DNA from: Candidatus Campbellbacteria bacterium GW2011_OD1_34_28
GTDB lineage: Bacteria; Patescibacteriota; Minisyncoccia; Phycocordibacterales; UBA12079
NCBI GenBank assembly: GCA_001029775.1
Contig: CP011215.1
Coordinates: 554,303 to 618,302, forward strand
DNA length: 64,000 bases
Direction of reading: 5' to 3'
Part shown: positions 56,930 to 64,000 of the stretch, in pieces
Layout: every line of letters begins with the position of its first letter
Position numbering within the stretch: the stretch's first letter is position 1
Position numbers and translations under genes: made by a program
Notes under the pieces: model-generated
What the model saw: only the letters and a program-made list of their open reading frames with translations
The model's database searches: none
What the model was told of the DNA's origin: nothing

Positions 56930-57799
56930 TTACATTTTCCAAAGTTTTTTGACAGCAATCCATCCATATTTAGCTACGAGCAATGCAATCAAAAGATAAA
57001 TTGCTATTTTAATTAACATCAATAAGTAACTAGCAAGGTTCACCGAAATGTCTTGAAGCATTCTATTGAATTCATTTATAAATTGTCTTACTTCATAAAT
57101 CCATGAATCTTTTAGTGCCTTACCGTCAAAAATAATTATTTCTGAAACATTTAATCTGAAATATGTGTAATCTATTTTGTCCAACTGATCTGCTTTAGCT
57201 CTGTTTAATCTGTCTATTTGTTCTTTAATATTGATTCTCTCCGTTGTAAGTCTTTCAATCAACTGAATTTTTGAATCAATAATTTTCGCCAAACTTGCAA
57301 CATCCTGAGTTCTGGTCGCCAACACAGTTATGTCATCATATGCACTTTGTGCATCTGTTAAAGTTTTTTCTAATGAGGTTAGTTTCTTTTCCAAAATTTC
57401 AACCTCACTTGTGTAATCATCAACAACATTTTTTATAGTAGTAGTATTAGCATTTAGGTTTTCAGGTTTCAAATCTTTTACGGTTGCTAAAACTTCTTCT
57501 GCATTTTCATTTTTCACTTTAAAAGTGTAAGAACAATTTCTATCATCGCGATTACTGTTTTCAAAAATTACATAATCAAAACCTTTCAATTCTTCAATTC
57601 TTCCACAAGTTTTATCCAAATTTCCGGTCTTGATATTTCCATAATACTCTGTGACTTCAAATTCTTCGGCATCAGATCCAATCGTTCCTTGATTGATAAT
57701 CACATTTCTCATGGATAATTCCTTCATCGCTACTCCATCTTCTTCATACATCATGTCATAACCCATATCATAAGAAGGGGCAGAACTAGGAGATATCAT
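56930..57799 (-). CDS. coiled-coil protein with C-terminal TM (DUF4349-like)
   Basis: Start MISPSS with RBS ggagga. Central coiled coil. C-terminal hydrophobic helix. Confidence 0.4.
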   Translation of the reverse strand: MISPSSAPSYDMGYDMMYEEDGVAMKELSMRNVIINQGTIGSDAEEFEVTEYYGNIKTGNLDKTCGRIEELKGFDYVIFENSNRDDRNCSYTFKVKNENAEEVLATVKDLKPENLNANTTTIKNVVDDYTSEVEILEKKLTSLEKTLTDAQSAYDDITVLATRTQDVASLAKIIDSKIQLIERLTTERINIKEQIDRLNRAKADQLDKIDYTYFRLNVSEIIIFDGKALKDSWIYEVRQFINEFNRMLQDISVNLASYLLMLIKIAIYLLIALLVAKYGWIAVKKLWKM

Positions 57800-57966
57800 A
57801 TTATTTCCTCCATAAAAAGCAGTTCTAAAAGCGAAGCTAAAAAACCAAACAGCAACTGACAAAAAAAATCAGTCCCAAGATTCCAATTCCTAAAATCTTC
57901 ACAATGGGAAGATTTTTTATTTTTTCTAATATTTCCATAAATAAGTACTTAAAAAAATTAATAATT

Positions 57967-58155
57967 TTATTCTTCAGTAAAATAATTTTCATCGTCAGAA
58001 TATATCACCCCTTCTTTTCTTGTATTTTTTTCTATTCTTCTTAAAATTTTTTCTATCTCGTCTATTTTCCAATACCATGTCATTACTTTTCTAATCAAAA
58101 AGAAAAAACCAATCAAAACAACAACGCTTGGAATTATTATTATACCGATATCCAT
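57967..58155 (-). CDS. small membrane protein
   Basis: 62 aa. N-terminal TM helix. Confidence 0.35.
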   Translation of the reverse strand: MDIGIIIIPSVVVLIGFFFLIRKVMTWYWKIDEIEKILRRIEKNTRKEGVIYSDDENYFTEE

Positions 58156-58731
58156 TATCTTTAAAATAAGATTGATAATTTATTTAGAAGCCTTTTTGTC
58201 TTTTTTAGGCTTTTTTACATTTTTCTTTTGTTTGTCTCTACCTTTTGCCATATATCAAATTAGTAGTAAGGTGTAAGGATTAAGTAGTAAGTAAAATTTT
58301 GCTTTGCAAAATTTTTTTATACTTCAAACTTTTCTTTTCTACTTTTTAAATTAATTAATAAACTTTTATAAGTAAATTATAGCACCGTTCGTCTTTGCGA
58401 GTAACAAAGTAATCCACAACATTCACATTTCATAATTCAAAACCCTTTACTCAATCCATACGACCGTATAAATTGAGTAAAATGTTCCAAATAGATCATA
58501 GTTTTAATAGTTAATTATTATAAAATATTTCGTAGTCTATTTTCTTTTAAAATCTGCCCACAAAGACAAAATACCGAGAGCAAGAAACAAAGATGCTTCC
58601 AACCAATTTTCTTCTTGAATTGCCGTAATCAAAGCAATCCCAAAGAAAAGAATAAAAACTGTTATGTTTACAAATCCTATGTTTTTCATTTTCATAATTT
58701 GATTATTTTTAATTTAGTATTTTGATGCTTC

Positions 58732-59205
58732 TCACTTTAACTTATTTTCAAATTCATTCAATAATTTTAAATATTCTAACTGTCTTTCTTTTTTTACCCA
58801 ACTCTCAGATAATTTACTCATATCGCCATTTTTCATAACTGAACTACACGGTGCACAATAAAAATTATCTTGAGTCGCAATAAAAATCCAGGGAGACTCC
58901 CAGCGCTTAAGAAGTTTTTCAGAATAATTTTTTATTTCTTCTAGATTGAAATTTTTTTGATATTTAACCTCCACAAGATATATTTTTGTTTTATCTTCAG
59001 ATACTAAAGCAAAATCAGGTGCTTCAGATATATTATCTATAACTTTTGGGACTTCTGAAATATGCCTATATTGAGCAAGTGTTGGCATTGTGTGTTCGTA
59101 ACCGAAAGGAATTACAGTATATTGCTCCTCCTCTCGAATCATTTGTTCAAAAATAACTTCCGCAATACGTCCTTTAATTAAATTTCTCGAAAAATCTATA
59201 TTCAT
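58732..59205 (-). CDS. hypothetical protein with PD-(D/E)xK-nuclease-like motif
   Basis: 157 aa. PDFALVSEDKTKIYLVEVKYQK is a D...EVK arrangement. Located just upstream of tRNA-Gln. Weak. Confidence 0.3.
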   Translation of the reverse strand: MNIDFSRNLIKGRIAEVIFEQMIREEEQYTVIPFGYEHTMPTLAQYRHISEVPKVIDNISEAPDFALVSEDKTKIYLVEVKYQKNFNLEEIKNYSEKLLKRWESPWIFIATQDNFYCAPCSSVMKNGDMSKLSESWVKKERQLEYLKLLNEFENKLK

Positions 59206-59269
59206 GAATTTATAATAACATTTTTTAAAGATTGAAAAAATAAGATTAATCTTGTATTATAGTGTCTAT

Positions 59270-59340
59270 TGCGAGATCGTCTAATGGTAGGACTGCGGTT
59301 TTTGGTACCGCCTATCTAGGTTCGAATCCTAGTCTCGCAG
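59270..59340 (+). tRNA. tRNA-Gln (anticodon TTG)
   Basis: Acceptor tgcgaga/tctcgca. Anticodon stem gcggt/accgc with loop ttttggt (TTG). T-arm ctagg-ttcgaat-cctag. Discriminator g. CCA not encoded. Confidence 0.8.
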
Positions 59341-59543
59341 CAAAATGAACGAAGTGAAATTTTACTGCGGGACTAGAAACAGTACCTAAGTACTGTTTCG
59401 TAGGACTCGAACGGCGGAGCGGTTTACGATTTTTATTTTTTTCTGACACAAACAGAAAAAAATAAAAATTGTCGCGAGCCGCGTCCAGCGGTACTTAGTA
59501 AAATTTGAGCAAAGCGAAAAAGTTTACTTAGTAACCGCGGGAA

Positions 59544-59563
59544 GAATCCTAGTCTCGCAGCAA
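59544..59563 (+). repeat. 20-bp direct repeat of the tRNA-Gln 3' end (att-like)
   Basis: gaatcctagtctcgcagcaa at 59324-59343 and again at 59544-59563. Confidence 0.65.
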
Positions 59564-59780
59564 CGATAAACAAAAATACCGATTGAGGTATTTTAATTAA
59601 ACAAATAAAAACGACCACATTGTGGTCGTTTTCTCTCTGGTTTGCTCAATCCTGAAAAGCGGTTGAGCGAGTTGGATTGTCACCAGAGAAGGACATTCCC
59701 TCTCGCTTGACTATACATATAGTAACATATCAGATAGAAAAGTCAATAGTAACATCAATTATAAAATATCCTATATTTCA

Positions 59781-59855
59781 TTTACTTTTTAACTCAAATA
59801 TTGTAGTGTTTCAAATAGATTAAGAACTTTTAGAAAGCTTTACAAGGAGAAAAAG
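59781..59855 (+). promoter_or_regulatory. family-4 conserved leader (copy 2 at 62380-62454)
   Basis: tttactttttaactcaaatattgtagtgtttcaaatagatt.agaactttt.gaa..ctt...aaggagaaaa.ATG. Near-identical in both copies. Confidence 0.5.
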
Positions 59856-60227
59856 ATGAAAAAAATTGAAATTCCCTACTTTATTCAAATGCGAGGTTGC
59901 ATCAATTGTGAAATCTCAAAGAAACACAAAGAAAAAACTGGGAAAAAATATGGTTTTGACCATGAATTAATGTCTGTGTGTGTCATTAGAGGCTGTACTT
60001 CCAAAGGCTATAGCCTAGGACGACCATTTTTTGATATGGAACAACTTTTGGAAACTGTCCCTAAAAAAATTGAAAATCCAAAAAAAGCATTATCTCTTGT
60101 TGAACAACATCGTAATGATACAAAAAATAATTATGGTGTTTATTACAAAGAACTTGGTGTTGATATAGATGAAGCCTTTGATAATATTCGACGGAAAATT
60201 CAACAGCAATTAGACCTTAAACCGTAG
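59856..60227 (+). CDS. Cys-rich small protein
   Basis: 123 aa. CINCE and CVIRGC motifs. RBS aaggag. Confidence 0.45.
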   Translation: MKKIEIPYFIQMRGCINCEISKKHKEKTGKKYGFDHELMSVCVIRGCTSKGYSLGRPFFDMEQLLETVPKKIENPKKALSLVEQHRNDTKNNYGVYYKELGVDIDEAFDNIRRKIQQQLDLKP

Positions 60228-60238
60228 AGGAGAAATAA

Positions 60239-60616
60239 ATGACAACACACACATTTTCAAAAGAGTGGCCCGAGAGATGGGCAAGGTCAGATAAAGCATG
60301 GTCCAAGTGGAAAAAAGACGCAGAAAAAGGGAAATTTCCCAAACCAAGAGATCTCCAAAAGACTTGTGGTTATTGTGAAGAACATGGGGGAGTTTTTAGA
60401 GAAAAAGATCCTGACTGTGATAAATGTACTTTATATAAAAAATATATTTGTCACAACATCCTTCTTGTCCAAATGTCAGACATCCCCATATTTTGGTTAC
60501 TTGTTAGGGAACTTAAAAGAAACGAGATAGATAAACCTCGTGTGATCAGATTAATAAGCAGAATAGCCGATGCTATCAAAGAAGATGACCCTTCAAAAAC
60601 GACTGTTTCTGCATAA
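60239..60616 (+). CDS. Cys-rich small protein (paralog of 62455..62850)
   Basis: 125 aa. WPERW, CGYCEE, CDKC, and a conserved C-terminus IKEDDPSKTTVSA. Followed by twin hairpin terminators at 60625-60697. Confidence 0.5.
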   Translation: MTTHTFSKEWPERWARSDKAWSKWKKDAEKGKFPKPRDLQKTCGYCEEHGGVFREKDPDCDKCTLYKKYICHNILLVQMSDIPIFWLLVRELKRNEIDKPRVIRLISRIADAIKEDDPSKTTVSA

Positions 60617-60624
60617 AGAAAACA

Positions 60625-60697
60625 AAGGCTGACTTTCGCCAAAAGCGAAAGTCAGCCTTTTAAAATTGTAAGACGTCCGACTTCTTACATTTTTTTA
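60625..60697 (+). terminator. twin hairpin terminators (duplicated at 62856-62921)
   Basis: aaggctgactttcgccaaaagcgaaagtcagcctt, then tgtaagacgtccgacttcttaca plus a T-run. Near-identical second copy after 62455..62850. Confidence 0.65.
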
Positions 60698-60716
60698 TCG
60701 ACTATAGCACCAAAGA

Positions 60717-61754
60717 CTATAGATTTGTCAGCTTCATCAGACAAAGCTCCAAAGGAAGTTGTTTTATAAAAGACTTCCCAACCTTCTCCCCCACTTCCAA
60801 CATTTCTTTTATTGTTTCAGAGGAAATATTAGCTTCTTTGTTGTCCGCCAATTCTTGAACAAATTTAAAATCTTCTTCCGACAATTCTCCCTCTATTTGT
60901 TTTACCATATCCTTTGAAAATCTAATCAACAAAATGGCTCGCAATTTGTTCAAAATCAATCTCACAAAAACTTTCATATCTACATTATTTTCTACCGCTC
61001 TATCAATCGCTTTCAAACCAGTTTCCATATCTTTGTTTGCAATCCCAAAAATAAAATCGTTTACGAGTCTTGCCTTTGGAGCGCCTGTCACTATTTCTAC
61101 TTCTTCAATACTGATTGTTTTGTCCACAGACGAGCTAATTACTTTTTGCAAAATACCATGTGTATCACGAAAAGACCCATCTCCCAATAGAGCAATCAAA
61201 TCTGCAGAAGCCGGTTCAAGCTTGAAACCTTCTTTCTTTGCAACATCCAAAACCAAATCTTTTAAAATCTTTTGTGATGGTTTTTTAAATTGAAAAGTTT
61301 GGCACCTAGAAACTATAGTATCTGGCAATTTTTCTATTTCGGTTGTCGCCAAAATAAATATCACATGCTTTGGTGGTTCTTCCAAAGTTTTTAGAAGAGC
61401 GTTGAAAGCCTCTTTGGTAAGCATATGAACTTCATCTATTATGTAAACTTTGTATTGAGATTCAAAAGGTAAAATATTTACCGATTCACGCAATTCACGA
61501 ATGTCATCAATTCCTCTGTTTGAGGCGGCATCAATTTCGTAAATATCATTTTCAGTTGTTTTTATTTCATTGGCAAAAATCCTTGCGATAGATGTCTTGC
61601 CTGTTCCTCTGGTTCCGGCAAAAAGATAAGCGTGAGATATATTGCCCAAATTTATTGCACCACCCAAAGTCTTTACAATATGATCTTGTCCCAATACTTC
61701 TTTAAAATTGGAAGGGCGATATTTTCTATATAAAACTGTGTGCTCTTTTGTCAT
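60717..61754 (-). CDS. dnaX: DNA polymerase III subunit gamma/tau (short form)
   Basis: 345 aa. AAA+ Walker A GTRGTGKTSIARIFA and the clamp-loader N-terminus YRPSNFKEVLGQDHIV. Confidence 0.7.
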   Translation of the reverse strand: MTKEHTVLYRKYRPSNFKEVLGQDHIVKTLGGAINLGNISHAYLFAGTRGTGKTSIARIFANEIKTTENDIYEIDAASNRGIDDIRELRESVNILPFESQYKVYIIDEVHMLTKEAFNALLKTLEEPPKHVIFILATTEIEKLPDTIVSRCQTFQFKKPSQKILKDLVLDVAKKEGFKLEPASADLIALLGDGSFRDTHGILQKVISSSVDKTISIEEVEIVTGAPKARLVNDFIFGIANKDMETGLKAIDRAVENNVDMKVFVRLILNKLRAILLIRFSKDMVKQIEGELSEEDFKFVQELADNKEANISSETIKEMLEVGEKVGKSFIKQLPLELCLMKLTNL

Positions 61755-62064
61755 ATTGAGAATATTTTACCATAAAAATAATATTTAATTTATACCAAGG
61801 TTTAACTTTGATATAAAAAGGGCGGTGCTTGCGCACCGCCCTCAAACCTCAAAACCCAAGAGGTTTGTCAGCCCTTATTGGTCAGATCTGCTTCTCAAAA
61901 GCCTCCAATAAAATCACCTCCTTTTAGGTTGTCAGGTTATCCCATCAGATCGCCGTAACAATCGGACAGATCTTCAAGGGAAGTTCCCATCTTCTTCGTG
62001 GTCCTGAGAATCTTCAACCCGCGATTAATTTTTTCTCATTTCCGAATCCTCTAAGGGTGTTTCG

Positions 62065-62277
62065 TCATCCACAGGCTATGACACCGGCAACGATCCCATG
62101 AACAGGAACATGCGCAAATGTCTCTACGCCGAGGGTTTGCGCCTTCTGGTCATCATCGTGCAAATCGGGACGATCGTGAACTTCAGGCCGACGGTGATCC
62201 GCCAAATGGAATTCGTCATCGTCTTCCAGCAATAGCGATAGGTCTACTTCATCTTTTCTTCCTTTTGGGTCGGCCAT
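62065..62277 (-). CDS. small acidic hypothetical protein (GC-rich cargo)
   Basis: 70 aa. RBS aggagga plus ATG at 62277. Upstream TTGATT-18-TATTAT promoter. An about 200-nt G+C-rich ORF-free tail precedes the hairpin terminator at 61822-61846. Confidence 0.4.
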   Translation of the reverse strand: MADPKGRKDEVDLSLLLEDDDEFHLADHRRPEVHDRPDLHDDDQKAQTLGVETFAHVPVHGIVAGVIACG

Positions 62278-62454
62278 GTTCTTTCCTCCTGAAACTGGGT
62301 TAGTTAAAAATACATCTGATTAATATAATATTGTTTTTTAAATAAAAATCAACAGCAAGCAAAAGTTTAAACTTTTTTATTTACTTTTTAACTCAAATAT
62401 TGTAGTGTTTCAAATAGATTGAGAACTTTTTGAATCTTTGAAAAAGGAGAAAAT

Positions 62455-62850
62455 ATGCAAGAACAAGAAGAAAAACATGTCTATTCTGACAAATGGCCTA
62501 AGAGATGGAAAGAATCTTTGGACAAGTGGCAAAAAGTTAAAGAACTGCATCAAAACAATATTTCGAATATAAAAATTAAGATAAAAATAGGAGGAAGTTG
62601 CGGTTATTGTAAAGAATTTGGTGCAATTTCTCTTTCGAGTATACCATGCCTGAAATGTAGCCTTTTTCAGAAAAAAATTTGTATATGTTTAAGAGGAGAC
62701 GCTATAACATCTGGGCGTTTTGCATATTGGGAATTATTTAATGAACTCACTAAAAAAGATCACAGCAAAGAAATCATCAGCTCATGTATTGATAAAATAA
62801 TTACCGCCATAGAAGAAGACGATCCTTCAAAAGTGACGGCTTCTGCATAA
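62455..62850 (+). CDS. Cys-rich small protein (paralog of 60239..60616)
   Basis: 131 aa. WPKRW, CGYCKE, CLKC, and C-terminus IEEDDPSKVTASA. Confidence 0.5.
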   Translation: MQEQEEKHVYSDKWPKRWKESLDKWQKVKELHQNNISNIKIKIKIGGSCGYCKEFGAISLSSIPCLKCSLFQKKICICLRGDAITSGRFAYWELFNELTKKDHSKEIISSCIDKIITAIEEDDPSKVTASA

Positions 62851-62923
62851 AAACAAAGGCTGACTTTCGCCAAAAGCGAAAGTCAGCCTTTTAAAATTGT
62901 AAAACGTCCGACATCTTACAATT

Positions 62924-63298
62924 TTAAAACTTGAATAAGTTTTTTAGTTTGTTCAAAAAACCTTTGTCTGTTTCTGTAGGAACATAATTTTGTTTTTCGT
63001 CCACAATCATAATTATATTTTCACCTTCTTTTGCTACCTGAAACTTGCTTCTGATCTCTTCTTCTTTACCTTCTGATGTATTTAAACTGGAAATCTCTGT
63101 TTTAACAAAATCTTTTCTTGTTTTTAATTCTATTAATTCATTCTCTGCAACATTTCTATTATCACCTGTCAGCTTTGCTTCTCTATAAGCATTCCATGTT
63201 CCCTTGGCGATTAAAAGAAAAAGTATAAAAACAATCCCGACACTTATGCGAGAATAAATAATTCTTTTTACATATCGTTTTTCCTCATAATCCAACAT
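62924..63298 (-). CDS. septum formation initiator-like protein (FtsB/DivIC-type)
   Basis: 124 aa. Single TM, then a coiled coil. Confidence 0.4.
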   Translation of the reverse strand: MLDYEEKRYVKRIIYSRISVGIVFILFLLIAKGTWNAYREAKLTGDNRNVAENELIELKTRKDFVKTEISSLNTSEGKEEEIRSKFQVAKEGENIIMIVDEKQNYVPTETDKGFLNKLKNLFKF

Positions 63299-63555
63299 TG
63301 CTTTTATTTTAACAAAATAAAAGCGATTTATAAAATTAACAACTTTCTTGCTACTTAATACTTATTACTTTATACTTATTTTTATGATATTTGATAAGAA
63401 AAATAAAAAAATAATAAAGATTTTTTGGATGGTTTTGGGAGCACTTTTAATCGTTAGTATGATATTGCTCTATACTCCATTATTTTTTTAAGAGATTGTC
63501 TAAGAATTAAAAAAGGCCTCGTGCAAGCACGAGGCCTTTTTGGTTCTCTTCAGGT

Positions 63556-63990
63556 TTACTTAAAAACTTTCCTGAAGAAGAACCAAATGAGAGCAATGAT
63601 CACCCCAAGGGTGATAATGCTCTCAGCGAGCTGGGGCTGTGTCCGGACGAGGACGCTCAATCCTACGACCGTCACAACGATCGGAGCGATCCGACCGATC
63701 TGAGCACCTGCCCAGCGACTGAAGCGGGCCAACGAGTGACCCATGCCGGTCAGGATGTCGCCAGAGATAGCGCCGATCCCCAGATGCATTGCAGGAACGG
63801 TCAACGACGCAATGACATCGTTGGTCACCAGATAACCAACCCAACCGGTGATCCCAAGGGTCGTCGGAACGACCACCAAAGAACCCAGCACACTACCGAT
63901 GCGCCACATCCGGAAAGCCCGGTTGTAACGCCAGAGGCCACCGACGATGGCGGTGATCAGTAGAAAACCCCAGAAAACCAACTGACTCAA
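63556..63990 (-). CDS. polytopic membrane protein (GC-rich cargo)
   Basis: 144 aa. ATG at 63990 near the window edge. Four TM helices. Strongly G+C-rich. Terminator aggcctcgtgc..gcacgaggcct at 63513-63545. Confidence 0.45.
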   Translation of the reverse strand: MSQLVFWGFLLITAIVGGLWRYNRAFRMWRIGSVLGSLVVVPTTLGITGWVGYLVTNDVIASLTVPAMHLGIGAISGDILTGMGHSLARFSRWAGAQIGRIAPIVVTVVGLSVLVRTQPQLAESIITLGVIIALIWFFFRKVFK

Positions 63991-64000
63991 CTCATATCCG

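Noticed and set aside
58180-58251. 23-aa Lys-rich ORF as a ribosomal protein gene
   Set aside because: It does not match L36, L34, L32, L33 or L35 signatures and lacks a clear RBS. Kept only as a low-interest finding.
59372-59400. Possible minus-strand tRNA suggested by GGACTCGAAC (reverse complement of a T-loop)
   Set aside because: No complementary T-stem, and the acceptor, D and anticodon arms could not be built around it. It is treated as part of the repeat region after tRNA-Gln.
1-64000. Alternative genetic code (UGA recoded, as in some CPR lineages)
   Set aside because: Housekeeping ORFs are full-length with standard stops and TGA terminates several well-supported genes, for example 1320-1322 and 14680-14682, so the standard code is used.

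Overview
The window is an AT-rich, small-genome bacterial segment. It has a CPR/Patescibacteria-like gene set: RNHCP protein, TrbC/VirB2-like pilins, a sigma-r4/HARE-HTH protein and an O-antigen-ligase-TPR protein. Standard genetic code; TGA is used as a stop. The housekeeping backbone is corA, ctpA, rplI, rpmA, an M23 peptidase, gltX, ftsW-murG, gyrA, rpsA, pth, mltG, lepA, murJ, tyrS, aspS, mraY, a D,D-carboxypeptidase, scpAB, plsC, a histidine kinase, dnaX and tRNA-Gln. The main non-backbone signal is at least 12 compact, visibly G+C-rich islands scattered through AT-rich intergenic spacers. Each is a self-contained expression unit (sigma70-like promoter, Shine-Dalgarno, ORF, hairpin terminator) encoding unrelated small proteins: secreted, membrane or acidic proteins, a DUF397-like Actinobacteria-type protein, and an SPFH protein plus a lipoprotein. 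Several islands sit inside recurring conserved scaffolds: the same terminator, the same promoter plus about 100-nt leader, a conserved 3' element and a second terminator. At least four scaffold families are present in 2-3 diverged copies each. The intergenic DNA is also a mosaic of short repeat families: GTAAGNN heptamer arrays, a 43-nt CCTGCC hairpin, a GGATTGCTTCG...CTCGCAAAGACG palindromic element and GCTATCAGC-type repeats. There is also a roughly 950-bp ORF-free region with nested inverted repeats, a tRNA-Gln followed 220 bp later by a 20-bp direct repeat of its 3' end, and a perfect 31-bp inverted repeat flanking an ArsR-like regulator. My reading is that this genome captures and expresses foreign small genes, probably from a high-GC donor, in standardised insulated cassettes. 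All calls come from reading the sequence and ORF track, without database searches.
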